64,000 nucleotides of DNA, taken from contig CT868026.1 of NCBI GenBank assembly GCA_000165425.1, positions 62,001 through 126,000 on the forward strand, in the 5' to 3' direction. Below, one piece after another: positions 37,911 to 51,298 of the stretch. Positions within the stretch are counted from its first letter, which is position 1, and each line of letters begins with the position of its first letter. Both the position numbers and the translations under genes were made by a program. The stretch comes from Paramecium tetraurelia (Eukaryota). The notes under the pieces are model-generated. The model did not search any database. It saw only the letters and a program-made list of their open reading frames with translations, and was not told where the DNA came from.

Positions 37911-38925
37911 TCAAAGAATTAAATTAGTTTGCTTTTTGGAGTGCTGCTTTCTTAAAACAATTTTTCCAAGGGAATTTTGCTCTTTTGGTAATGGTTAGGG
38001 GATTGAAATAAAATTTATTTTTTCGAATAGATTTCTAAGTGGTAATATGATATCGTCTTGAATGCTGAAATCATTATGTGTCTAGATGAATAATATAGAA
38101 TTACCATATTTTCAGAGAGGTGATACTATTTAATTTTGGATTTGGTTTATGATATCAATCTTTTAGAGTGATCACACGTGATGAATTAGTCTTTTTATCC
38201 ATGTATAACTAACATGGGACATGTTACATTTGAAATGATTTTTAAATTATCAAATTTCTGATCTATCAACTTAGCCAACACGGATCCTAGTTAGTATTAT
38301 TTATCATACCTATAAAACTTTGAGCAACTTCTTTAAGACTGGTGTAACCACTAATCGTTATGAGAGCAGCAGGATTGAATAAGGAAGCCAATAGACATGC
38401 AGGACCACATCCCATGCTTCTTCCCATGAGAATAATGTTATCTTTTTTGATTCTTCTTTTGTTGATGAAATATTAATAGACAGCTATGGCATCTTCAGAG
38501 ATGATGTCTGCAGAAGCCTAGTTTATAATTATATGGTACTGATTGATTTTAGTAGATTCCATAACTAGGATACTCGACTAAGATTAGATTTACGTTAAAT
38601 GTAGAAATGATTGGATACAAATATTCATAGCAATTATATCTAGATAAATGAATTATTTCTTACATGTCTTCACTGTTAGAATGGAAAAACATTATGTATT
38701 TATTATTGAGGTCATCTAGGAAGTTCTCATGCTTAACTAGCAGAACTGGAACTTAACGATTTTATGGTACACCTGAGACTTTATTTAGAAGTGATTACTG
38801 CATGTAAAACATTACTCTGAGTTGCCTGATTAAATCTGGAGTAGTTCAACATTTGGTAAAAGTGATATGGATACTTTGGTGTAAGTTGACTTTGAGCTAG
38901 GAAAGAAGAGCTTGTTTAGTTGCAT
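37911..38925 (-). CDS. Alpha/beta hydrolase, ABHD17/ABHD13-like
   Basis: FFHSNSED, VEYPSYG, nucleophile elbow ILMGRSMGCG, LVIHGQKD (Asp) and M|THND (His). Confidence 0.88.
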
Positions 38926-38970
38926 CACTGTTTAAATATGCTTAACAAATAATTAAATAATTATTAAATT

Positions 38971-41900
38971 ATGCATTCCAAATTTATACATCAAGCACAA
39001 TCGACAAAAACAAGTGAACCGGCTGCTCGAATATTCCGTTTTGAGAAGCAATCATCTTTGAGATAAAAACTCAAATCAAATGAAACTGACAATGATGCAG
39101 TATCAAGAAGAGATAGAGCTATCAAGTCAGTCGTAATTATTATTACTATGTTAGACAATCCTATAAGAGATTACAATTACGGCTAACAATTCTAGCAATT
39201 CAAAAAAACTCTTCAAATTAATTAGTTCATTTATGTCACAAGAACAACAGATGCAACAAATTACTGAGTAATTAGATAAAACACAGATTGTAACATTGTT
39301 CCTTAACATCCACCTTTTTCAAATACCTCAACTAGTCCACTTTCTACATCTACTATATGACTGTCTCTTATAATTGGATACACAATTTCAGGATGTTTTT
39401 AAATATATTTTGTTACTTAACTACGAACTTTACCAAGGTTAAGCTGGATAATTAACTAGAATACTTGAAATCTTGTCTGAAATGCAAATGCTCAATCCTG
39501 ATTTTAGTGCTTTTGAAAATGAGTTCTAATTTGATATTGAAGATGTAAGAGATTTCTAATTCAATCTAGGTTTCTAATTCATTTAATCGAGTTTAATTGA
39601 GAATTCTATTCTTAGCTAGCTCTATTGACATTTTACATGCATTAAAGGGTTCTGTTTCTCTCTTTGAGTAATTAGAGTCCTTTGTCTTTTCATCTATCAA
39701 AAAAAATGAAATTCCTAATATCAATGATCTATAAACTCTTGTTATAGCTTATATCTTATTAAGTGAATAATTAGATATCTCAAATAAATTAGGCTATGCT
39801 AAGCAAGCACTCGAGATTATAGGCAAGAATCCTGATTATTCAATTTTTGAATTGAAGAAGAGATTCATTATGAATGCAACAAAATTATCATAAAAGTACT
39901 TAGGACAACAAGTTTATGATTAATTATTGAGTATCAATAGATCATTCAGTCCTGGATTCACTAGATAATCACTCACTAATCTAATTCCAAAAGACAATTA
40001 ATTCTTCAAGTTCCTAGTGTCATAATTAAAAATTACATATGCAATTGATAATGATTCAAATTTTTAGATTGATTCTAAGTGCAATAGTTTATTGACTGAA
40101 CCTATGATCAATCAACTCTTGGATAGGTAATTCAAATATATAAACAATAGAGTCATTCCATAGGCAATTAAAAAGGAAAAAGTTAATTCAACATTTACTG
40201 AACAAAGCTAATAAGACAAAAAACCAATAATCATAAAGAAATAATTTTCCATTAAATAATTAAAGCAAGAAAACATCATTTCCTCTTAAGTTTAGGTACA
40301 AAATTAAGTTTAAACTCCCTCATAAAAAACACAACCCTAATAATCATCACAATTCAAATAAACTACTACAAACAAGTTGGATTCAAATGAGTTTGAAATC
40401 TTATAAAATAAATTGGTTCATCAATAACAAGAACTTCAAGATTTAAAGTAATTATATTCTAATTAAATGTTGCAAAAGAAGTCAGATCAAACAGCATAGC
40501 AAAGCTAATAGAATGAATAATTAAAAAAAAAAATAGAGTCATTAGAAGGAAATCTTGTTTAATTAAAAAATGAAAATGTTATTTATAAGAAAGAGAAAGA
40601 TTAAAAACAAAGTGAAGTGTAGGAACTGAGATCATTCATTCAAGATTTATAAGATAAACAATAAAAATTAGAAAAACTGGTGTAGCAATAATATCAACAA
40701 TAGCAGCAATAGCAATAAATACAATAATAATAATAAACTCTTCTTTAATAGTAATTATCGAATCCGGCACTGCAATATCTGAAAACTCAGTAAAGTAGCT
40801 ACTCAACAAAGGCAAATACTAATATGAACATCTAAATCCCAATAAGTAATTCTGAAATTAAGAACAGACTCTTAGTCAGGGGTCAAAGTTAAATGAGCCA
40901 TTCTCCTGGCGAAGAATTCAAAAATGAAATGGATGATACTAGTCCTAGAATCATAAGATAAAATTAAACTTATTTACTTCAATTATTGGATCTCCTTGAT
41001 ATAAATACCGGTTTTACTAAAATATATAATAAACTACATTCTTCAAATGAAAATAATCCTTGGGAAAGTGAAGTAACAGTAATTCATAACTTCAAAGTTG
41101 ATGCCATGATAGCAGAATCAAGCGAAGGAAAGGTGCTGATGTTAAAGGCTTTTAATTCATAAAATAATTAAATTTGTTCAGAACAAATACAATTTGATCT
41201 CTTAAAAAGTTTACTAGGTTATGTAGATTTCCAAGACTCTTTGCCAACTAATTTACCAAATATAAGTACAACCCATCAATTCTTCAAATTCTTAATTTTA
41301 CCATACACAGCAGTTGTCCAAGATGAAAACACTTAGTAATATAAAATATAACTTTGGCCTAAACCTTATGGATTATTGAATGGATTAAATTTAAAATTAG
41401 ATTTCCTTGATTTTAATTGTCTTGTTTATGTACATCATTTGGAAACTGATTAATTTAGAGTCATAATTTTTGATCCTGCAAATTATGACTGCTTTAAGCT
41501 AGATTTAGAATTAGATTACTCAACTATGGACATATTCTTCCAAGATGCTAAATCTATTAAAGATGAATTCAACTATTATTGCAAAAGTAAATTATTAAGG
41601 CTAACTGAAAAGTCTCCTAAATTTGGAGAAGATGATGTGGCTGAAGCCCTGGTTGAACGACATTTCTCTAAAGAGAAAGTCAAAGCAGTCATAGAAGAAG
41701 CTAAACCGAATTAATCCTTTTCATAAGAATAAATTACTTTGAAATCCCCTCAAGAATTTCTTAAATACATTAAATCTATTGTTTAAGCTTTTGAATAGTA
41801 ACTCAAAGCATAGCAAATCACTTTTGCCAATAGTATATTTGGAATGAAGTATTTCAGGTGTAAAACTTGGAATGCAGGGACAAAAAGTTAGATCTAAATT

Positions 41901-42644
41901 ATTAAAGAACAAATAGATTAATAATAAATATCTATCCATCTAGCAAATTGCTTTGAATCATTTGGACCAAGTAAAACTAAACTCAAAGTTAAAGGTAATA
42001 CTCTTATTAACTTCTCTGCAATTCAAAGGGAATTTGCTGTCTCTTATGATAAACTGCAGAATGAAGAGAGAGCAACCATTTTATAAACTATTTTATACTC
42101 CTACAACCTTAACATATTTGAAAAGTAATGTGAATAGGACGAGTAATAATTTGATAAAAACCCAATTATTTAAAGTATTTATGATTGTGGATCATACAAA
42201 AGGTAAATTATCTTCAAGTATCATAAGAGTTATTGCCTTTGACAATGGGAAAATAACTTAAGTTAGTATTTAAGTTATTGGGTCCAATAGGAGAATGTGT
42301 GGTATTAAATTCTCAGTATTTAATATTGATGAAACTATTGAGCATGGAGTGTTCTTGCCAGTTTCCCAAATTGAATGGGACACTAGAGCTATGGAAAAAT
42401 AGAAGATTAAGGCATCAGTATAAAATGTACCATTTGCAGAGTATCTGCTAACTTAGATTCTAAAATGTCCAACTACCTCAACTGTAAAAATTAAAATTTA
42501 CAAATATAGATATTATTTAAGAAAATATTAAATTCTGATTTTAGATCAAATCAAATTAATAGCAATGAAATTAAAAATCGAAAAACATTCATTGAAAGAA
42601 TTGACAATATATTAACTTGGTAAGAAGTGGTTGCAAACTTATGA
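38971..42644 (+). CDS. Large hypothetical protein (helical N-terminus, central Gln-rich coiled coil, globular C-terminus)
   Basis: Long code-6 frame from MHSKFIHQAQ with tiny introns; poly-Q encoded by mixed CAA/TAA/TAG codons near 40680-40740; TGA at 42642-42644. Confidence 0.75.
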
Positions 42645-43092
42645 GTATTAATTTATATGTTATTTTTATTCATTATATTTGATTTCTTACGTTACATTAA
42701 TTTGATTTGATCATTTCTGTTTCATCTAACGGATAAAAATCTTTAATAGCAAATTATTAATAATATCCAAAGTATAGGTATGTTATGGTAGTTATACTTC
42801 CTCCAAATGAAGCATTCTATTAATTACATGTATTTATTTATATTCAAAAGAAACTAAATAAAACACTTTATTAAATATTGGAGAAAAAAAGGCTAGAATT
42901 TGAAAATTAAGAATAATTCTTAAAATTGTAAGACTATTCTCATCATATTTCCTTTAAACACTATTAAATGATTTAATCTTTCTAATCTAATTTTCCGAAT
43001 GTTCTGATTAATTAGAGATTGAATCTAGAAAAATAAAATTGATTTGACATCATTGGACTTAGAGCAGAGAAAACAATCAAAAACAGTGAATA

Positions 43093-43504
43093 AATGTATT
43101 AGGGAACAAGAGATGGGTTAAGTGATCATTTTCGATATTACATTAAAGGCAGATTTAACTTGCTAATAATTTTTTTATCCAAAGATGGATATGTATTTGG
43201 CGGATATACTCCTTGTTTATGGATTCCAACTTTTTACAGGGAAATATGTTTAAGATGATTCATTATCCTCATTTTAATTCTCGTAAACTCATGAATAGAT
43301 TTATCATATAAAAAACAATCAAAGAGATAAAGCTATTTATTGTAATTATTATCATGGACCATGTTTTTGTAGTTGGGATATCAAAATACTATCAGATTTT
43401 TAAAAAGATCTTCTTATCATATATGAACGACTAATAAGTGTGATTAATATTTAATTCATAAAAAAAAAACTCATTTATTTCGTTAATGCAATCCCAATAA
43501 ATGA
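43093..43504 (+). pseudogene. Decayed TLDc-domain paralogue (boundaries approximate)
   Basis: MYQGTRDGL...NLLIIFLSKDGYVFGGYTPCLW, then a +1 frameshift in the T-run at 43231-43235, YVQDDSLSSFQFSQTHEQIY...AIYCNYYHGPCF, and a degraded, truncated 3' end (THLFRQCNPNK*). Confidence 0.8.
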
Positions 43505-43699
43505 TTTTTTAAATTTATTTATCCTTCAGTCTATAAAGCAACCCATTAGTCATTACTTATCAATATTAATATTCAGTATTGATTGGATATTTAAAAATTA
43601 CAGCTCATTTTAAATTATATAAAAAAAACATATAAATTCACTGATAGCTAAATAAAGACTACGAAAAAATCAAATAAGAAGAGCCAAAAAATATATAGA

Positions 43700-43927
43700 A
43701 ACATTTTAAAAGGGTTTAGAAACTTCAGATCCAATGAAATCACCTTGGAGAGAAAATATTCTGGTGATTTTGTAGTGCCTTTGATAATTTTAAGAAGTTC
43801 TAAATACTTCATCAGTGTAGATATTTTTCTCGAATACACGCAGCATTTATCACAAACTAAGCTCAGTTTTGTTTATATTTTGTAAATTCAATCCAGCATG
43901 CTTCAAAAAAGGTAGATTTTTAATCAT
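43700..43927 (-). pseudogene. Decayed N-terminal Zn-module fragment of a gene-A-type TLDc paralogue (boundaries approximate)
   Basis: MIKNLPFLKHAG...KTE / frameshift / VCDKCC...ELLKIIKGTTKSPEYFLSK aligns with gene A IPCFKHEG...KTEFVCDECC...ELIHVKNALKSPEFFLSK; the first Cys is lost. Confidence 0.7.
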
Positions 43928-44806
43928 CTACTAAAAATAACTAAAACAAAAATTGAAGTAAATGGCTTTAATATTAATGTGATTTTTCTAATAGATTCAG
44001 CTTCAATAATATTTTTTATAGTTTGATATTTTAAATTCACATTTTACAATTTGGAATCAAGTAGTATAATGATTCCATAAGTCTTCATAAATAAATGTAT
44101 TTTGAGAATTAGGTTATGATTATTTGAGGAAATAAACTCATAAAATCGTATTAAATACAGATGTATTTCTTACATTCGTTTACCATCACAAGGTATTCTA
44201 ATAAATTAATATCTAACAATCATATTAGATTCTAACAAAGAACTCTATATTAATATTAGATAATTTTTTGGATTTCCTCTCCGTTATCTCTATTTTTTTT
44301 TTGAGTTAATGGAGTTCTTGGTTGATTCAACATTTTAGGACAGAAAGAGTTAAACAATTGTGAAACTAATTAGATCTAGGAAATAAATTGAGAGGATATT
44401 AATTGAGTTTGGAAATCTAAAAAAAATATATTCAATTCACTTTTAATTCTATTTAATAATGAATTAAATCTCGATAGGCTCACACATCATTATATCAATA
44501 TTAAAAATCTTCATCTCAATTTTCAAAACAAATAAACTCATCGTTTATCCGATTTCTGAAAAATAATTTCATTAATGGCGATTATAAATTATCTTTAGTA
44601 AAGACAAATCATAATTAAAAAGTGAAGTTATGTTAAATTTAACAGATTCTATATTATTTTAGAAAAAACCTCTTTATTTATATATATGAATTATTTAAAT
44701 TAGTTAAATTTATAAGTAGGATAAATATAATGTTAAATTATTTTATAAATATAATCTTATATCCATATCAAAGAAAATAGATATTTTTTATTAAATAATA
44801 ATAAGA

Positions 44807-47800
44807 ATGGCAGAGAATATCATTCCATAAAAAACTGAAGGAGATGAACGACCCAGTCTGTGTTTCTAATAAGAATTGGATGGAGACAGTATTGTGTTAA
44901 TTGTTATATTAAGAAATAATCTATAAGGATGTTAGAAAAGCAAATATTCCAAATACAGCAGATATTGCATACTGTGAGATAAGAATAACTGAATTATAGG
45001 CTGAACTAGATGCCTAACGTGAGTAGGTTTTCAAGTTAGAACAACAATAAGATTTGTATGTAACATATGAATAGACAGTAAATATTACAATAATAACTTT
45101 CTAGATAAATTAATTGCAAGAAAGAAACTAGATTTTAAATGATGAAAATAAATAGCTGACACTTTTGCTGCGTTCTAGAACGAAAGAGTTAGATTTAGCA
45201 AAATTTAAGATTCTTGAATATGAGTAGCAATTAGAGAGATTAAGGGATGTAGAATAAGATTATAAAAATACTTATGACTAATTGTAGGTGAGAGATAAAG
45301 AACTAAGAGAGGTAATAATTTTTTACTAAGTAAAAGTTGACAGAAAAGTACGGATAATTGGAATTGAGGCACTCACAATAGAAAGTACTTGAATTAGAGA
45401 ATTTTGAACTTCAAAACAAATTATCCAATCTCGAGAGTGATTTGAATGTGTATAAGGATAGGAACATCAAATTAGAAGCTGAGAGAAAGAAACTTACAGA
45501 TCTGAAGACGGAAGTATCTACAATTTCAAAGATTGAAGCAACTAAGAGTGAGGTCAATATTTCGTAAGTTGCTATATCATAGCCAGCATAAGATTATGCT
45601 AAATTCAAGGCACAGATATAGGAATAATCTGATCTTATTAACTAAATGAAAAATGATATTCAGGAAAAAGATCATAGATTAGGATTGCTTAATCATGAAC
45701 TTATTAATTTATAGGAAATATTATCAAATAAGAATGAATTAATATCTTAATTACAATCGTAACTAGATTTATCTGATTCTAAACTAAAGGAATTAGAAGG
45801 CATGGCTGATAAATATAAATCTAAGCCTACTACTATAATTAAAACTATTGAAAAAATAGTTAAAGTCACCCCAACAGATGCAGACGAAGAAAAGGTCAGG
45901 CTAAATAATGAATTAGAGAGAGCAAACTTTGAAATCGAAAGATATAAGTTTGAATTTAACTAATTGTAATAAAAATTAGAAACTCAAGAGAAAATAATAT
46001 CTGATGTAATTGTCATTAAAATATCATTTTAGTTAACAAGAGATATCAGATAAATAATTTCTTTAAATGAAGAAATTGAGTTGTTAAAGATAGACAAGGC
46101 CAATCAAATAAATGCTTTAAATTAAAAGGAATAAGATTATGAATTTACTTTGAATTTATTAAATTAAAAAACACTAGAACTCTAGAATCTTGATAAACTT
46201 AGGTTTAATTTAGCATTTGCTGAAGATCAGATTCAAACAAAACAAAGAGAGATTATCTCTTTGAAAAGAAGGGTTGGAGATGTTGAGAATTCAAATAACT
46301 AATTAAAATAGTTATAACCTGAATTACGAGAGGCAAAGAGACTTATTGAAGAATTAAGATCTGAGAATGAAAAATAAGATTAATAAATTAAGTAACTCAA
46401 ATCCAATTTGATGGATGCTGATGTTGTCATTAATTAGTTAAAAAAATTAGAATAAAGAATCAAAGCATTATAAAATACAAATTCTTTATTAAGACAAGAA
46501 ATAACATAAACACTTACTGAATCTGAATAGTGGAGACAAAAGTACAATCAAGGATGCTCTGAAATTACTAGATTATAGAGACTATTAGAAGTGAATTAAT
46601 AAAGATAATAACTTCTTAATGAATTAAATAAGAATTTCAAAAATGACTTTGAAGTACCTGATATCAAAGTAGACCCACTTCAATCTCCCCAAAGGTTAAC
46701 TAAGCAAATTATTTAAGATGATTCATAAATTTAAAAAATGAAGAATAATTTAGTTGCAGTTGAATTATAACTAGAATCAGTATTTAGAAATAAAATACTT
46801 GAATAATAAACTTATTAAAGCTAGATTGATGAAATTAATTCCAAATATCAACTGAAAAAGGGAGAAAGCGAATCATGGAAATAAAAATACTTAAAATCGG
46901 AATAAGAAAATGTTAAATTAATGAATATCAATGAGAAATACACAGTATTATTACAAAGATATAATTCTTAAGAAGTTATTATAACTAGTCTTAACGAAAA
47001 AGTCAAATTATTGACTTTAGAGATGGATAAGAGCAGAACTGAAGTTTTTAATTTGCATTTGCAACTAAGTCAGTTGGACGTTTATATATAAGAAAGGGAT
47101 TAATTCAAGCAGAGAGCAGACGCTTATTATTCAGAGATTTAAAATCAATATAAATAGATTCCACTTTTAAAAGCATAAGTATTAGATTTAACAAGATAAT
47201 TAAAATTGACTGAAATCCCTGTGATTCATGTTGCTTAAAAAACTGATGCCCTTGAAAAACTAAGACAATAAAACGTGGAATTAGAATAAAAAATTGATGA
47301 TACATTAGAGGATTAAATTGATGAATTGTACTAAACTAATCAGGTCTTAAGGTAAGAATTGACTAAATAAATTGATATCAATACCCAATTGATGAAGGAT
47401 TTATCTAATGCTGATAGAAAGAAGCAAGATATACTTATAGAACTTTAGTTATTATAAGCAGTTGAAATAGATTACTAATAATTAAAAATTGCATACTTAA
47501 ACAAACAAAAAGAAAATGATAAAATTAAGATGCTAAGTGACTAAGTTGAATTCAATTAAAGAGATCTTGAAAATGCTATACATTCATCAAATCAATTAGG
47601 ATTAGAATAAAAAAATGAAATATTAAAATTGAGAGAGAGAACAAATAATTAAAATGATTAAGTAAATTAATTATTAGTCAAACTTAATAGTTTATAATAA
47701 TTGAACAATGATTATAAATTTAAATTAAAGATGTTCCCTGAATTATAAGAGAAAGTGAATACATAAGCCAAATAGATTGATGATTTGAAGAAGGCATTAC

Positions 47801-49411
47801 AAAGTTCAAATGAGATAAGGGATGAATTAACTGCTAAATGCACTTTATAATAAGTCAAACTTTAAAGTTTAGGTCCTCTTTAATCAAAGATTGAGAGTCT
47901 ATAATTGATACTAGATGAGAGATCAAGATAATTAGAGATATAGTAAACAAAAGCTTTAGAATTGGAGGATAGCAAGTCAAAACTCAACTAAGAATGGAGA
48001 AAGAAATTTGATGCTGTTGAAGTCTAATTAAAAAACCAAAAAGAATTAGAGTAATTGTTGAAACAATAAGAACATGATATTAATGATATGATTAATTTGA
48101 ATAATAAATTAAATGTATAGAATAAAGAATTAAATGTTGCTAATTAACTACTGAATAAAGATGTTGATCAAAGAGATATCGAAATAAAGAGACTGTCAGC
48201 GATTGAAACCGATTTCAGAAAATTAAATGAGAATTTATTAATTGAATTGTAGAGAATTGCAGATCTTACAGATAAATTACAAATTTCATAAAATCAATAT
48301 GATGCTGCAAAGAGAGATTAAGAGAGATTAGAAAATAAGTGTGCTATGATGTCTAGTGAAATTGAGAGATTATCTGTTATGGTTAAAAATAAAAATATAG
48401 AAATATAAGGAAATAAAGCTATTTTACATTAGAATCAATCACAAATTGATCAAGTTCAACCAATATTTGTCGAGAATAAGAGATTATTTGATGAATTAAA
48501 TAATGTATTAAAATCGAATGAAGAATTGAAAATACAGTCAATATAATTGTAAAAATAAATTGATGAATTAAAATCAACTATTAGTAATGGTAGTAGCTAC
48601 GAAAATTAATTAAAATATGAATTAGATTAACTTGAATAGGTATTAAGAAACAAAGAAAATGAAATCAGTGAGATCAAATAATTATTAAGACAAAGTGAGA
48701 ATTAAGTGAAAGAGACTAAGAGAGATGATTAATAGTGGATAGATTAATAGACAGAAAAAGAGAAATTAACAAATCAATTCAATTATGTCAATGAATTGTT
48801 GAATTCTAAAAATGTTGAAAATGAACAATTAGCTAAATAAAATCACTTATTGTAATCCAAATTATTGGATAATTAAAAATTAGATTTCGAACATTTGGAA
48901 TTAGCATTGAATACAAGAGACAAAGTAATTGAAGAATGGAAAGGCAAATTTTAGAGATTATAACAAGACTTATAAAAAGTTATAGAAGATAAAGTAGAAT
49001 TGGAAAACAGGTTCAGTACAGTAGATTTAGAGATTGAAAGATGGAAAAGAAAGGCAAATTCTAATTCAGCTGAAATTGAAATGTTAAGAGTAACCATTGA
49101 TTAACTGAATGATGAGATTGAAAGATTAAATAAAAATACATAGGACCTCTTAAATGTAATACTTATCTTATATATAAAAGGAAAATGATTCATGGAGGCA
49201 TAAGTATGGTAATTTATAATAATTGATACCTTAAATGGTACATCATTAACCAAATCCAGAAACTTAAGCATATTAGGTTACTCCAGGAAACAGTTTCAGA
49301 ATTCCCCCAGGAACTGAAAGAAATTAGGGTAGCTTTAGAAATTAGCCACCTCCTCTTGATTCTAGAAGGTCTTTTAGAAGAGCTACAACTATCGGTCTAA
49401 CAAAACCATGA
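44807..49411 (+). CDS. Very long coiled-coil protein (cortical cytoskeleton/basal-body type)
   Basis: About 4.6 kb of E/Q/K/L heptad-rich code-6 frame with several tiny introns, ending in an SP-rich tail. The functional class is inference only. Confidence 0.8.
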
Positions 49412-49597
49412 ATAGTAAATAATAAAACCATATATGATATAATGAACATAACCAAGCAATTTTGATTTTAAGTTCTATAAATTATTGCTATTTAATTATT
49501 TTTGAGTTAAATCTCATAGAATATAGATGTGAAACTGCTCCAATGTGAGATGATTAAACATTTAATATATGACAGAACACTTTTTATAATATATTTA

Positions 49598-50980
49598 TCA
49601 ATCATCTGTAGCAATTCTAATCTAAAATATAGGATCTTTGTCAAATTGTTATTTTTGGGTGTAAATTGGAACTAATGCTTCAAGCTACATTCCTCCAATT
49701 GGCATTGACACTCCAATACCAAGAGAAGATCTAAAGTTTTATAATAATGACTTTGGATGTCCAAAAGTTAATAATGAACCATACCAAAATAATTAATATG
49801 ATAAATTTTTTTCTTTCATACCTGAAAGATTGTGAATATTATATTTAAAATCGAATTTAGCAAAAGTGTCATATTTTCTATTATACAATTTGCTCATCTC
49901 AATCATTTGATTAAAGCCTCTAAATTAAAGATTGTGAAATGTATCATTTAAATCTAAATGAGTTTGACTAAAGGCTAAACCATAGTTAAATGATAATTAT
50001 ATTGATGAATTGGCAATCAACTTTTTAATTTTTTTAATTCTATTTCTATGTTCATACAATGGAATCCATAATTGATGAGACATCCATACTTTGATAAAGG
50101 GATTTAAAGTTAACTTAGGTATTCCTAAACTACAGTTGAATTTGTTGTTATGACCTTCTATTATCCCTTAATCTGCGTATATTTTTGAAGAAAAAGGTCT
50201 AGAATAAGATATGATAGTGGATTAAGTTGGAAGAAAATCTAAATTATGCATGTATTTTCGAAGAAGATACCTCCCTTATAACGATTCTTCTTCTTCAATT
50301 TTATTAAATCTGAATTAGTTTGAGATATTCAATTAAGTAGTTTCATTATTATATGCAAAGCTAAATTCACTAAGATTTTCATCTATATTTTAGATTTACG
50401 ACATTTGAGCTTATCTATATGCAAACGAGTAACTAGAATCTTTATAATCTTTGTAGGACCAACTTAACGACCAATTTGATTTATTAGTACTTAAATTTTA
50501 ATCATATTCGAAGGCTAATTAATCGTGGATTCCAAAAAAATTTTTATTTCCAAACTTCATCTTTAATTAATAGCCTTGAGTATCTATTTCATTCGATGCA
50601 GATAGAAAATAGGGTAATTTATCTTAGATATCAAAATGTAAGATGATTCCATGTGGATACTTCTTTTAGGATGGAAGGATGAGTAATCTAATTTGGGAAT
50701 ATAATTTTGTTCTTTCAAGGGCATCAATAAATGAAGATGAGATTGCCATGAAATTTTCTAAAGATAAGGATTTATCTTTGATGTGCTTTTTGTGTTCCAT
50801 ATAGTAAAAATAAAACAATTTTCTTAAGTAATTTTATTAGGTTTTGGTTGATGAGAAAGTGGCTCCAAAATAGTTAAGTTTCATTTCTGACGCTGGTATT
50901 CCATGCTTTTATTAGAAATGATTAAGACAATCTATAATTGGTTCTTTGTCGCCATCATTATTGTATTCTTCTATAATCAT
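49598..50980 (-). CDS. SAM50: Divergent Omp85-family protein, probable mitochondrial Sam50, 460 aa, intronless
   Basis: 1383-nt open frame. POTRA-like LERTKLYSQIRLLIL...GIILHFDIQDK; barrel start KNFFGIHDQLAFEY (cf. NxxGxxE); loop-6 NDTFHNLQFRGF (cf. (V/I)RG(F/Y)); terminal strands FRSSLGIGVSMPIGGMQLEALVPI. Length is typical of Sam50. Confidence 0.75.
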
Positions 50981-51002
50981 AAATATATTTTTAATTTTTA
51001 TA

Positions 51003-51284
51003 ATGACTACTATTCTTCCATTAGGTAATATTGTTGTTAAAAAGATTAGGTTTATTGGATAAGGCAATATCATCAAGAGTATGGATTCTAATGAAAGATG
51101 ATAGAGAATTCGAAGGGACTTTACGTGGTTTTGATGATTTCTTTAGTATTAAATTAATGATTGATTAGATATGGTTTTGGAGAATGTGATTGAGTTGGAT
51201 GGTGGAAAGAAGAATAAATTGGAATCAATTCTTTTGAATGGTACTCAAATATGTTTGATTGTTCCTGGAGGGGAAATAAGTTGA
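51003..51284 (+). CDS. LSM5: U6 snRNA-associated Sm-like protein LSm5, 77 aa, 2 introns
   Basis: MTTILPLGLLDKAISSRVWILMKDDREFEGTLRGFDDFFNMVLENVIE...LESILLNGTQICLIVPGG matches the LSm5 signature. Confidence 0.93.
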
Positions 51285-51298
51285 ATAATATTTTTAAT

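Noticed and set aside
50239..50270. Possible 32-nt intron in Sam50
   Set aside because: The frame is open without splicing and the total length is divisible by 3; removing 32 nt would shift the frame.
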